DNA of 64,000 nt from Octopus sinensis (Eukaryota). This document shows positions 27,902 through 40,419 of this stretch, in pieces. Every line of letters begins with the position of its first letter. The first letter of the stretch is position 1. Where the stretch lies: the NCBI RefSeq assembly GCF_006345805.1, contig NC_042998.1, forward strand, positions 104,594,001 through 104,658,000, in the 5' to 3' direction. Under the pieces are notes generated by a model. It made no database searches, was not told the origin of the DNA, and worked only from the letters and a program-made list of their open reading frames with translations. Position numbers and translations under genes: made by a program.

Positions 27902-28495
27902 AATAATGCGGTTTTTTCAACAGCTTGAACTAAAAGTCAGAGGGGAATGGGATAAACTACTTATATTAACTTGCTATAAAAGCAGGTAGTAATTTTATCT
28001 TGTCCTTATTCATAGTGCAAGTTTTGAAGAGTGCATTTCGATTTTAACAGCTATTTTTTCAAAGCTATGTTGGAAGAACAAAGGAGCATATTTGGCATAT
28101 TTTGCTTTATGTGTTCATAAAGACAACAACGCAACGGAAAGTACAAGAAATATTAATGCAGTATATGGGGATTGGACAATAAGCGTAAGGCAGTTGTCAA
28201 TGGTGGTTCCAGAAATTCCGAGCCATAAACTACAGCCTAGAAAACGAGCCTCATCCTGAAAGATCTGTAGAACTCGACAAGGACATCCTGAAAACCCTGG
28301 TGGAACAAAATCTCATCGTAACGTTGAGGAACTAGCAGAGAAGCTTGGATTTGGTCATTAACCATTCATTGAGACATGGGTGCTATCGGAAAAGTCAGCA
28401 AATTGGGTCAAGGGGTTCCTCACGAACTTTCCGAGTCTAATTGCATGCAGATAGTGAATGTATGCTTTTCTTTGCTGTCACATCTCACCACTACT
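27902..28495 (+). pseudogene. Mariner transposase N-terminal fragment
   Basis: HIWHILLY..NATESTRNINAVYG..QWWFQKFR..LENEPH..EELAEKL..VPHELS; cut off by a Helitron insertion. Confidence 0.75.
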
Positions 28496-28507
28496 GCGCT
28501 ATGTATA

Positions 28508-29139
28508 TCTATATATATAAAACTGTAGTTGTGTGAGTGTCTGTCCCCTTCGATTTAGATTCCTAACTAGCCCACATTTGCGTGTGCAGTTTAACAAAAT
28601 TCGGTAGCTTATAGTCGTGATTCATATCGAGCCCGTCTGAGTATTAGCGCGCGTCTACGATGAGTCTACGATTTTAAAAATAATTTAACATCATTTTTTA
28701 TTCCATTTCATTTAATGCATAATTTTCGGTGTCGATGGCGGTGGAGTGGGTCCACGCTCACACCTGCGCTGTGGGGAAGGGAGTGTAAGGAAATCAACGT
28801 CGTAATGCGTTGTCAAGGAGACCAGCGTTCTTTTAGAACAACGACTTCATGGCTTGAAGACACCAAAACAGAAATGGCTAAGAAAGCGTCTACATGAGTC
28901 TACGATTTAAAAAAAAATTTACCATCGTTTTTTTTCCATTTTAATGCATTTTCGCTATTATATAAGGGAAGTAACTCTCTAAAAATGTCTACGATGAGTC
29001 AACGATTTTTTTCAAAAAATTTACCATCATATTTTTCCATTTTAATGCATTTTTTGCTATTTTTTGGCTATAACTCTCTAAAAATGCTTATATAGTTATT
29101 TCCCTTACAAACCCGAGCAACGCCGGGCGATACTGCTAG
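28508..29139 (+). mobile_element. Non-autonomous Helitron with both termini
   Basis: A|TC...cccgagcaacgccggg hairpin...CTAG|T. Confidence 0.85.
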
Positions 29140-29199
29140 TAGATAATATAAATTAAACAATAGGGAGAAATTCTAAAAGAAAAACACTTATACTTCCGT

Positions 29200-29368
29200 A
29201 TGTGTACAAAGTTAAAAGGACATCTAATAATAAAAAGTAAAAATGAAATGAAACCAGTCACGAGGCCAAATATCCATCCCTGAAAGTCTCATACGAATCC
29301 AGACAAACAAACAAACAAGCAAACACGACTGAAAACAATACTTCCGCCTTCGCTAAGGCGGAGGTAAT
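29200..29368 (+). mobile_element. Helentron/HINE-like terminus
   Basis: (aaac)n-acgactgaaaacaata-cttccgcct-tcgcta-aggcggagg-taataa hairpin end; family call is inference. Confidence 0.45.
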
Positions 29369-29531
29369 AAAAACAGAATGAAAAATGAAAATGAAAAATC
29401 TTTTACACACATTCAGACGCGATCGTATATTATCACATACGTTTCACATACACATACACATATATTCGCCTGTATGAACACACTCGTGAACACATACATT
29501 TTATATAAATTTATCTATATATTCACACATA

Positions 29532-30791
29532 TGAAGTGGTATCAGAAAGTTCCAGGAATAGTTCTGTAGCGTGCCGACAGATGGAAGTACACGGTTGCGT
29601 ACTCAGTGAGAGCTAGTAGTGACCTTCACGAGGCAGTGTGCCGAGTGACATCGGTGTGTTTACATCGTAACTTGTAAAATTTGTGTTTTATCTTATCACG
29701 TGTATGCCGTAGTCTGCGATTTTGTCATGGACAGGAAATTGGAACAAAGAGTCAACGTGAAATTTTGCGTTAAACTTGGAATGTCTGCTACAGAGACATT
29801 GAGCATGCTTCGGCAAGCTTACGGCGACGAGGCAATGGGTCTTACACAATATTTCGAGTGGCACGGACGCTTCAAAAGCGGAAGAACATCACGGAAATGC
29901 GGAGTAAATTCATCAACTTAGGCATGAGGATCATCGGACGACAATCAACGACATTGCTGATGTTGTTGGTCTGTCGTATGGGTCTGTGCAGGCAACACTA
30001 ACGTCTGAATTGAACATGAGGCGTGTCTCTGACAAATTTTTCCTCCCAAGTGCTGACCACTGAGCAAATAGAACATCGCGTCGAAGTCTGTCAAGATCTC
30101 CATCAGTGTGTCACTGATGACCCATCCTTCATATCGAGGATCATTATCGGTGATGAGAGTTAGGTCCGTGGGTATGACCCTGAGGCGAAGCAGCAGTCGC
30201 CACAATAGTAGAGACCTTCATCTCCACGACCGAAGAAGCATGGCAGAGCCGCAGCTCAATCAAGAGCACGCTCATCAATTTTTTCGACAACCAAGGTATC
30301 GTACATCGGAAATCCGCCCTCCGAAGCCAGACCACCAATTGAAAGTGCTGCTGTGGCGTTTTGTAGCATTTGATGGAGGACATTCGGCGAAAGCGTGAAG
30401 AATTGGATTCTTCACGAACACAATGTACACTGTGACGTGACCGAGATCTCACTCGTGAGTTTCTCACGAAAAATAACATGGTATCGCTTCCACACCTCCC
30501 TTATTAGCCAGATTTAGCAGCTGCGGACTGCTACCTCTTCCCCAACATGAAAAGGCAGCTCAAAGGTTTCCGTTTTAATACCGTTCTCGAGATCCAGAGT
30601 GAATCGCAGAAGGTCCTCGACCCACTTACGGAAAACAACTCCCAGGCTGGATTCCAAAAGTGACAGTAAGGCTGGGACCGGAGTATTGCTGCGCAAAGTG
30701 AGTATTTCGAAGGAAAATATGTTAAAACTTAGGTAAATAAGTTATTTTTAATTGAACTTAACTAGTCCGGACACCTTTTAATGCCACCTCG
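29532..30791 (+). mobile_element. Full-length (1260 bp) decayed mariner element
   Basis: TA-flanked imperfect TIRs (gaagtggtatcagaaagttccaggaatagt / actagtccggacacctttaatgccacctcg); MDRKLEQRVNVKFCVKLG..EWHGRFKSGRTS, IIGDE, PDLAAADCYLFP; stops and frameshifts. Confidence 0.9.
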
Positions 30792-30819
30792 TATACTCAT
30801 ACAATTCTGAACACTTATA

Positions 30820-31045
30820 TATATATATTAATATCATCTGGATAATAACCTTATAATATGCATTTCAAAGCTCATCTATGGTCATCGATCCCCATATGCA
30901 ATCGTACAGCAGAAATACTCCTTTTAGTGGATATGAATGTGGAAATTCGTTAGTACACGCAGAATTCATACAAAAATTAGGATACAAAAAGATGAAATAG
31001 ACAGGCTTTAATCAAAATCACAGCAACTGTTTCTGTGCATTAGCA
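30820..31045 (+). pseudogene. Decayed 3' end of an R4/Dong-like LINE
   Basis: FVS..EIDRL similarity to 18700-18800. Confidence 0.35.
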
Positions 31046-31469
31046 ACTGCAATGCATTATTGCTCGATCAACTGCAGAAAGATCCTGGGATCCGCAATGT
31101 TGCGCAGGCACAATTAGCAAAAGTATGGTACATGCTGCCAAATTATTCTCAAAACATCCTGCAAAAGTTTCAGTGAAATACTTATGTGTGTGTACATATG
31201 TACACATGTATATATATATTTATGCAATGAAGTTCATAAAATAACCAGTGTCTTTCCTGTGAGATCTCTACTTATTTATGCATATATATATAACAACAAA
31301 TGGAAATTGGTTTATTCACTACAGCTGTTTCAAACAAGTCTTTTTTTATCGGTGAATAGAGTTATTACACCGTGCAAAAAAATCGTTTTCATCAGGTGAA
31401 TATACGCGAATTAAACATTTTAAAGAACATTCCAAGAATCAACATTCTGTGCCACTTCATGTTTCCTAA
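31046..31469 (-). repeat. ~425-bp direct repeat, copy 2
   Basis: See copy 1. Confidence 0.95.
31313..31402 (-). ncRNA. Intact type I hammerhead ribozyme motif (identical to 26666-26755)
   Basis: Same sequence and fold. Confidence 0.9.
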
Positions 31470-31884
31470 AAGTTACCCTGAAAGTTACTCACCTGATGAC
31501 GTAGAAGTATACAGCTATAGATGGATCATATTTTGTAGAATATTTATCTAATACTATGCATTTGTGAAACATTCAGCAACGAACAGGTCTTGGTAATAGA
31601 AAATTCAATAAAATTCAATAAAAGTACTCCATCTAGTGAGAAATAAATATTATTTATTTATCTTTAAGTGCTACTAATAGTTTCATATATTGAGAAATAT
31701 CTCAAATATATTCTTTAGGCGCAAACTTGAATAAGACTTGAATAAGAGAAGAAACACATATATATATATATATGTATTCACATACACAAACGTACATGTA
31801 CACACACAAACACACCCACATACACACACACAAACGCACAGACACGCGCGCTCACGCAAAATATATTTTACTAAGATCTTTCTT

Positions 31885-32035
31885 TTATATTTCGTTTTGG
31901 GGTTTGGTTTGCAAGATTCTTTATATGAGTTCGTGTGTTGAAGCATATTCTGTTGTGTCTGGGGAGAGTCATTTTCTTTTTGTGCCTTATAATGTAACAC
32001 ACTCACCGGTAAAATTTCCACTTATTTCTTACTTT
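31885..32035. repeat. Interspersed repeat; second copy ~46990-47130
   Basis: gcaagattctttatatgagttcgtgtgttgaagcatattc...acacactcaccggtaaaatttccacttatttc in both. Confidence 0.85.
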
Positions 32036-32059
32036 TATTTTCCTAAAATTTCCGTTGCG

Positions 32060-32265
32060 TCTTGCACAGTGATTTGACTGCGGCTATGCTGGGGCACGGC
32101 CTTTAGTCGAGAAAATCGATCCCAGAGCTTATTCTTTGTAAGCGTAGCACTTATCCTATCGGTGTCTCTTGCCGAACCGCTAAGTTACGTGGACGTAAAC
32201 ACACCAGCATCGGTTGTCAAGCGATGTTGGTGGGGGGACAAACACAGACACAAAAACATATACTT

Positions 32266-32305
<40 letters not shown>

Positions 32306-32475
32306 ATATATATATACGACGAGCTTCTTTCAGTTTCCCTCTACCAAATTCACTCAAAAGGCTTTGGTCGACCCGAGGCTATAGTAGAAGACACTTGCCC
32401 AAGGTGCCACACAGTGAAACTGAACCCGGAACCATGTGGTTTGTAAGCAAGCTACTTACCACAGAGCCACTCCTC
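32060..32475 (-). mobile_element. SINE-A, full length
   Basis: All modules present. Confidence 0.9.
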
Positions 32476-32544
32476 AGGTTCATTCTAACGACGTATTGCC
32501 TTTATTTATAGATTTATACATATATTGACTTATCTTGATACATA

Positions 32545-32638
32545 TGGCACCTTGCGCAAGCGTCTTCTACCATAGCCTCGAGCCGACCAAAGACTTGTGA
32601 GTGGATTTGGAGGACGGAAACTGAAAGAAGCCCGTCGT

Positions 32639-32687
<49 letters not shown>

Positions 32688-33058
32688 CATACATACATAC
32701 ATACATACATACATACTACATACATACATACATACATACATACATACATACACATACATACATACATACATACATACATACGCGTGGCTTTGTGGTTAGA
32801 GCATTCGGCTCACGATTGTAAGGTCGGGAATTCGATTCTTGGCAACACGTTGTATCCTTCAGCAAGACACTTTATTTCTCGTTGCTCCAGTCCACTCAGC
32901 TGGCAAAAATGAGTTGTACCTGTATATGAGAACTACGTTAGGAGTACACGTGTCTGTGGATTGCTCAGTCACTTGCACGTTAATTTCATGAGCAGGCTGT
33001 TCCGCTGATCGTATCAGCTGGGATCCTCGTCGTCGTAACCGACGGAATGCTCCTATAT

Positions 33059-33130
<72 letters not shown>

Positions 33131-33375
33131 TGTATGTATGTATGTATGTATGTATGTATGTGTGTATGTGTTTGTGTATCTGTGTTTGTCCCCCCGACAT
33201 CGCTTGGCAACCGATGCTGGTGTGTTTATGTCCCCGTAACTTAGCGGTTCGGCAAAACAGATCGATAGAAGTACTAGGCTTACAAAGAATAAGTCCTGGG
33301 GTCGATTTGCTCGACTAAAGGCGGTGCTCCAGCATGGCCACAGTCATATGACTGAAACAAGTAAAAGAGTGAAAG
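32545..33375 (+). mobile_element. SINE-A (head truncated) split by a CORE-like SINE (32781-33050) in its internal microsatellite
   Basis: Central module 32545-32640, tail 33180-33375; between them gcgtggctttgtggttagag...ccttcagcaagacactttatttc...ctccagtccactcagctggcaaaaatgagt. Confidence 0.75.
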
Positions 33376-34249
33376 AGAATATACTCTAAATACAAATCTC
33401 ATTTTGTTGAAAATCATCTTGCCAGAATTTATGTCAAATTCACGAATGATATATTGCAAGCCACGTTAAATGTAATATTGAAAGATAGTATTTACTTTTC
33501 TACGGAAATATTGATATTGTTTAGACCATCAGATTTTAATTTTAAAGTTCAAAATTATTTTTTAATAAATGCTAAATGCTGAATACAGCAAAACGATGGA
33601 AAGCTTCTCATATTTCTAAAGTCTTCAGAATGACTTGTCAAAGCAAACGTCACATATATACAACAGAATATCTGTTATAATTCTATCAATCATGTTTGAT
33701 TTGCAATCAAAACATTACCGACCAAAGCTCTATGAAAGCAGATGTTAAATGTCATTGCTTAGCTTAGCACATTCTTTAGTTTTCTTAATATTATTTATTT
33801 ACTTATCGTGCACATACATATATACCTATATACATGCGCATGCATATGCCCGTATTTATATATATATGCATACATATTCACACCCACACACCCACGCACA
33901 CACTCACATACATTTCTCACTCTGTATATATATATATATATATATAAGTAGAAAGAATAGCCAAAACTCTTTTGACTGCTATTTCTAAATTCGGTGTGTG
34001 GTGAAGCAAATCGTTGCTAAACCCTTAATTACTTAGTATATATATATATATATATATATATGCACAGACATCTATGTGTATTTGTAATTATATTCATAGA
34101 CATAAACATGCATACATATAATAGATATAAACAGACATGCATACATATGTAAGTGTGTATATCTGTCTGTCTGTCTGTATGTATGCATGTATACACACAC
34201 ATATATACACGCACACATACATCTAACATGTTTTTTACTGGTTTCATCA

Positions 34250-34742
34250 AGACGCCGAGGTCATGCTGGAGCCCCGGCTTTTAGTGTATTTGGGCTTCTT
34301 TTCTGTACTGATTCTGGCAGAATAGGGAGTTGGACAGGGCTGCCCGCTCTTCTTTGTGCCACCTGCCACGATGTGGGTTTATCTGGTATCTCAGATAAAA
34401 ATTTGTCCAGACACTCTTTGAAAACTTCCACATCTACACTTCGCAAATTCCTGATGTTGCCAGCAGAATGTTGAATAGTTATGGACTCTTGAAACCCCCA
34501 ATTATTACAGTACTAGGATTTTGTTTGCGAGGAGAAGACGAGATCTTTGGTAGTATACATTGCCGTCCAGTTCGGTTGTTGGTATAGCTTTCAATTCCAA
34601 AGTTTCAGGATCTTTCATATGTATATAACTGTTCATCTTTCACGCCTTCTCTCTAAGGAGTAATGCTTCAGTTTCTTTAGCTTGTGTGTTTTACCGAGCC
34701 AGTCTTCTTTGTGTAGAGGCGCTGGATTGCTTGTACTTCCGC
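34250..34742 (-). pseudogene. 3' end of a CR1-like LINE (same family as 59700-61416)
   Basis: VQAIQRLYTKK..YSLERRRER..VDVEVFKECLDKFLSEIPDKPT, ending ...ggggctccagcatg. Confidence 0.8.
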
Positions 34743-34758
34743 CAATATATAAAGTATA

Positions 34759-35302
34759 TTATAAACAACTTATAAGAAAGGGCTAAAGAAAATTATTTCA
34801 AAGCCAATATGCTGATTTTCCACATATAATCTACTCGCTACAGAAAAATTGAACTGAAGTCGGGCAAACAAACCGTTAGAATATTTAAATTTCATCCTAT
34901 ATTAGTAGTAGACTTATTACTACCCGCTATAGAGACTGGTGACCGCTATAATCTGTAGTGGCGAGCAGCCAATACGTTGTTCTGAGGCTGACCAAAGAAT
35001 TTTTATTTTTAGATATAACTGGGGTACTTAAGTGTACTCATGTTTTTTGCTTCGGCTTTTTCCATGGGCGCATGTAAGTATCTTATTTATATTCTCTCGT
35101 AAGCTCTACTGAAGACGAATAAATCTTTCATGAGATTAATTCCGAAATTAATTCAATATAGAGATAATGAAATTTAAATATTCTAACGGTTTGCTTGCCC
35201 GACTTCAGTTCAATTTTTCTGTAGGGAGTAGATTATATGTGGAAAACCAGCATATTGGCTTTGAAATAATTTTCTTTAGCCCTTTCTTATAATTTGTTTA
35301 TA
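34759..35302. repeat. Inverted repeat: arms 34759-34895 and 35167-35302
   Basis: Arms are near-exact reverse complements; ~270-bp spacer. Confidence 0.9.
35104..35163 (+). ncRNA. Type I hammerhead motif (C10.1-C11.1 mismatch, AUA site)
   Basis: CUCUA-CUGAAGA-C-GAAUAAAUCU-uucaug-AGAUUAAUUC-C-GAAA-UU-aauuc-AA-UA^-UAGAG. Confidence 0.7.
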
Positions 35303-36039
35303 AATTTAACCGTAAAGGTATTTTAATATGCTGCCACATTTCTTGATGGAATTTTTTTCTGTAGAGAAAAAAACTTCATCCTATATTAATAGTATAAAGT
35401 ATATTAGATACATGAAATACAAAATAGGTGTATATGTATACATACAAAAAGGTCCAACTTACAGAGAGTACAACTAATATAGAAAATTAAAGGGGCAAAA
35501 GAAAAAGGTATTACAAATGCAACAGCTGTTTCGAGGAGGGGTGCTCGGCAATCCATAATGTTTGTTGGTTAATTCCATCGGAGAATGCGGCCGTATAGAT
35601 GCATTTAACATAGGATGAGACGAGCATCTGTCTTCAGGGAGAGATCTTAAATTTGAGATCTTAACGCAGAGAAGTTCAAAGATGGAATGATTGAATGTGG
35701 AGAGCTAAATATATTAGCGGGAGAGCTGAGGTGAGGTATTAAGATAGCTCAAGAGCGAGGAGTTAATAAAGAGACTATTAGGGAGTAGTGGTAGAGGTGA
35801 AGTGTAGGAGGATGAGGGGAGGTAGCATGTAAATGGTAGCCTATTGTATTGAGTTTGTTTGGAAGCTATAAAATTAATGGTTGTGATAGTAAGAAAAAGG
35901 AATGGCAATTATCTGAGGGAAGTAAGGTGGTTGAGGGAAATTACTAAAGTATGTAGAAAGATAGAGAAAATAGAGGGGGTCGAGAGAGTGGGGGAGTGAT
36001 TTGACGGTCGATATAACAGTGGTTAGTGGGATAATAGAA

Positions 36040-36290
36040 TGGGCTGGTGCACTTGCACTTTAGCTTCCTGTGGAAGGAACAGGTACCTTTTGTCAGAAGG
36101 CCCATTTGCTGTCAGCACCCGTTGCGTGGAGGACTGCGTATGCCGTGGCTGAGGATGCACAGACATGCGATGTGGCTGCGACATCTCCAGCGATATCTTA
36201 TCGGTGAGCAGGTGTGGTTGCCTTTTGTAGGACGCGCTTTTCCGCAGCTCGTCTCCTTGACGGAGCTACAGTCCTGAAAATTCCACCTTG
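36040..36290 (+). pseudogene. Tx1/L1-like LINE fragment (same family as 51905-54092)
   Basis: FLWKEQVPFVRRPICCQHPLRGGLRMPWL..RHLQRYL..EQVWLPFV. Confidence 0.8.
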
Positions 36291-36369
36291 GAGTTCTATA
36301 GAGGATTAATGGAGGGCAAGAGTGAGGACGTTCTCGGGGAAGTTCTTGGCGTCTGTATAGTGACTTTAT

Positions 36370-36473
36370 TGCCAACCTAGGAACGTCTGGACATGTTTCT
36401 ATCCAGCGCCAATACGCAAAGAAGTTTGACTCGATGAAACAGATGGGCTACTGGGAAAGGCTAAATGAGCTGT
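36370..36473 (+). pseudogene. CR1-like LINE fragment
   Basis: IQRQYAKKFDSMKQMGYWERLNEL, cf. 60860-60930. Confidence 0.6.
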
Positions 36474-36484
36474 GTGTGTGTGTA

Positions 36485-36672
36485 TACTCTTTTACTTGTT
36501 TCAGTCATTTGACTGCGGCCATGCTGGAGCACCGCCTTTAGTCGAAGAAATCTACCACAGGACTTATTATTTGCAAGTCCAGTACATATTCTATCGGTCT
36601 CTTTTACCGAACCGCTAAGTTACGGGAACGTAAACACACCACCTTCGGTTGTCAAGCGATGTTGGGGAACAA

Positions 36673-36705
<33 letters not shown>

Positions 36706-36875
36706 CATAAATACGAGGGGATTCTTTCAGTTTCCGTCTACCAAATCCACTCACTAGGCTTTGGTCGGCCCAAGGCTATAGTAGAGGACACTTGCCCAAG
36801 GTACCACGCAGTGGGACTGAACCCAGAACTATGTCGTTGGTAAGCAAGCTACTTACCACACAGTCACTCCTGCAT
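36485..36875 (-). mobile_element. SINE-A, full length
   Basis: All modules present. Confidence 0.9.
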
Positions 36876-39086
36876 CTATAGTAATTAATTATTAACTTTA
36901 TGGATACAGAATACTCATACAAAACTTTACCTGATATACGAACTTTCTGTGTATTTTGTAATTGATATTAATTTGATCATTTGGATTTATACCTATTCCC
37001 CTGCGAGAAAATGTTGATGTATCCACGTTTTGTTATTAGTAATCTAGATAGTTAAAAAATATAAATAAATCATACATTTCTAATAGGTGATTGGAAATAA
37101 TATTTTTCATACCCATAGTCGAACGTAGTGCATGAAGCGAGGTAAATCAAATATGGAATTGAAAGATCCAGTTTTGTAGAATGAAAATGCATATAATGTC
37201 CTATCAGGAACAGAAGTATGTGAGTAAACACTTTAACGTATTACAGAACAGCATCAACAAATCACAAGTAATTTGTAAGTTATGCTTGAATAGGGTATCA
37301 AACCTACCGCTGACAATGTAATATCACTATGTTCATATTACATTATGGCACGTGATCAACAGACCGTCAGATTCCTCACCCAAATTATTGAAGCTTAAGG
37401 ATAAGTCAAGAACCTAATAAATCATAATATTGAGTATTGATAACAGATAACTGTTATGTTAACTGGTTGTAATTTATTCGAAACATCGGTATTGAGGATT
37501 CTGGATGATATTGATGGAAATTGTCGGTGAACAAAAAGAATTTATCTTTCTTTACAATATTTCAAATTAAACAGCCGTGAATTAAAGCTACGAACTTAGA
37601 AATTATCTCAGTAAAAGTGTTTGCTTAAATTCATTTTGACCTTCTGGTGAAGATGAATAGTTATAAAAGTGGTGTAGCAAATGTAATGTTATTTCAATCG
37701 CTTACATTAAAAATATAGCTAATTATTAGCACTATAAATATATTGCAAATTTAAAGGAATACCTAGAGTATAGCATTTGGATTTAGCAATTAAATGTAAT
37801 TCACGGAATGCTAATAAACTGATGAATATAGATGCAGATGCTTGCCAAATGAAATTTATAAAGAAAAGAGTTCGTTAATGTCAATGATATACAATATTCA
37901 TGAATTACATTAGAATTAAATATCATACCTAATATTGGGACTCATTAATTTGAAGCAACGTGTATCTAACTGTGTCACTATCTATTAGTTATTTTGGCAA
38001 CGCAAATTAAAGATTTTTAGAACTCCGTAATAAGTAAGCAACAAAATACTATATGTAGTCTAAACATATTCTGCCTGGTTCCTTAGTTTCAAATTCAAAC
38101 TGCTAATTCCTCCATATATTATGAAAATATGACTATCCCACTTGTATCCCCTGACCACTACGAAACACAACATTGAAAAATATTTTAGTTGTAAATTCGA
38201 AATGATCCAGCTATTGACGAAAAGTCTAGGGCATTATGTCTACGAAGAAGTGTGCCTTCCATTACTCAACGATGGATTATCATAATGAAATAGTTGCTTG
38301 AAGCCAATATGTACGTTTCAAAGAATACATCGAAAATGGGTTATGAATATTATTTGCAGTTAAAACTAAAATATTAGCTATTCTAAGGCACCTTTACAAT
38401 GTAGAACTCATTGGAAACAGTTACCATGTATGCAGACACGAAGAACATTCGCTCTCTGAACCCCATTTGTTAAACTACTAACGCTCTAAGATAAAGAAAA
38501 AAAGAAGAGATAAAGAAAAAAAAAAAAAAGAAAATATCACACTTTCCATAAATCTTTTCAAGACTGCATATATTTTTTTCTAATATATAAAAATAGAGAT
38601 GTGTGTATATTTGTTTTTCATGTAAAAACGACTTCACCAATTACTTCCATACTTGTGATGCATGAATTTGACCTCGGATATATAATAGAGTCTTCATCTG
38701 ATTTTTTTTTTTAAATAAAAGATATTGCTTCATATTTATGATTCACTTTTTAAAAAAGGTTTCTCAATGTCAACTTCCGGTGTTGACGTAAAAACGGCCA
38801 AGTCTCTCACTCTCTGTTTTAATGTTCGCTATTTGTAAACAACTACGATGATTTGCTGAAAGGAATATTTACGAAGTTCACAAATTTAAATATTCGGTAC
38901 GCGATAGATTTTAACGGGCTTTTATTTATACGATATTTTCATTCCATGTTTATCTCATTCATTGTTTGAAATATTCTCTTTCCCCTCCCTCTCTCTCTCT
39001 CTCCACCTCCACCTCTCACACACACACGCACATATGCTAACACGCACGCACACACATACACACATAAATACACACACACACACACA

Positions 39087-39129
<43 letters not shown>

Positions 39130-39199
39130 TTTGATTTCGTTCTGAACTCATACAATTCGCTAATTCCCGTGTGTTTTTGTATGTACGTTTGTATACATT

Positions 39200-39231
<32 letters not shown>

Positions 39232-39569
39232 AGTGAAGGGGTGTGTTGTCACGTATACGTACATACATATATTCATATACAGCCATTTATTCTATGTATG
39301 TGTGTCTGTGAGAGAGAGAGAGAGAGTGATGTCTAAGTGGCCTTCTCTTTCTCTCTCTCACACACACGCACACATACGTACAAGAAAGATATATGTCTAT
39401 TTATTTATGTACGTACGTATACATGACAACACACCACCATCACTCTCTCTCTCTCTTTCTTTCTCTCTCACACACACGTCCATTTCATCTAATGCTTGAT
39501 ACTGCATGTATATGTAGCTGTGTGTGTGTGTACGTGCGTGCGTGCACGTTCCACAATCGCCAGAAAAGG

Positions 39570-40415
39570 CAGAGGAATTTCCTTTCTTGATGCTCCTGGT
39601 GGCACAGGTAAAACATTTGTAACATTGCTTCTCTCCGAGGTAAGGCAGCAAAAATGAATAGCAGTTGCTGTACCATTGTCTGGCTTTGCTGCCACCATTC
39701 CCCTAGGATGACGGACAGCGCATTCTGCTTTTAAATTACCTCTAAACCTGGTCACAAATGACAGTCCGATTTATAACATACGCAAAGATTCAGGTTCAGC
39801 AGAAGTATTGTGCCAATGCCAACTTATCATTTGGGATGAATGCACCATGGCACATAGAGGTGCAATGGAAGCTGACTTACATTAGATTTATCAGGAGACT
39901 TCAGATTACCACTTATTCCGAGACGAACAAGATCTGATGAAATAAAATCATGCATTAAATCTTCACTCCTATGGAATAAAATACTGAAATTCTCCTTCAA
40001 AACTAATGTGCGAGTTTATTACATGAGGACCAATGTGCAAAACAGTTTTCAACCTGGCTCCTCCAGTTACGATATAGGAAAGTACCATTTGATGGTAATG
40101 GTGATATCAGTTTGGTTCATATTGCTATCATGAGGAATTCCCCAGCTGAATTTAAGAACAGGGTATTTCCAGACTAAAGTAGTTATAATTCACATAAATG
40201 GTTGTGTGAAAGAGCAATTCTTGCTCAAAAAAATTAGACAGTAGCAAGGAATAACCATGAAGTAATGAGTAAGATTCCAACAATCATTAAGAAGTATAAA
40301 TCAGTTGATTCAGTCCTTGATGAAAATCAAGCTGCCCTTTACACAACAGAGTTCCGTAATTCTCTTGAGCCATCTGAAAGTTCTCCACATAAACTTTTTC
40401 TGAAGGTAGGAAACC
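39570..40415 (+). pseudogene. Helitron PIF1-like helicase fragment
   Basis: FLDAPGGTGKTF (Walker A), RTAHSAFKLPL, IIWDECTMAH (Walker B), WLCERAILA, PHKLFLKVG; stops and deletions. Confidence 0.9.
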
Positions 40416-40419
40416 TAAA

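Noticed and set aside
31486-31525. CUGAUGA beside direct repeat copy 2 (plus strand)
   Set aside because: GAAA and stem II are lost; probably a decayed inverted relative, not functional.
35510-35645. HHR-like CUGAAGA ... GAAACAGCUGUU on the minus strand after a CT-rich tract
   Set aside because: Stem I unpaired and stem II only partial; counted only as a relic.
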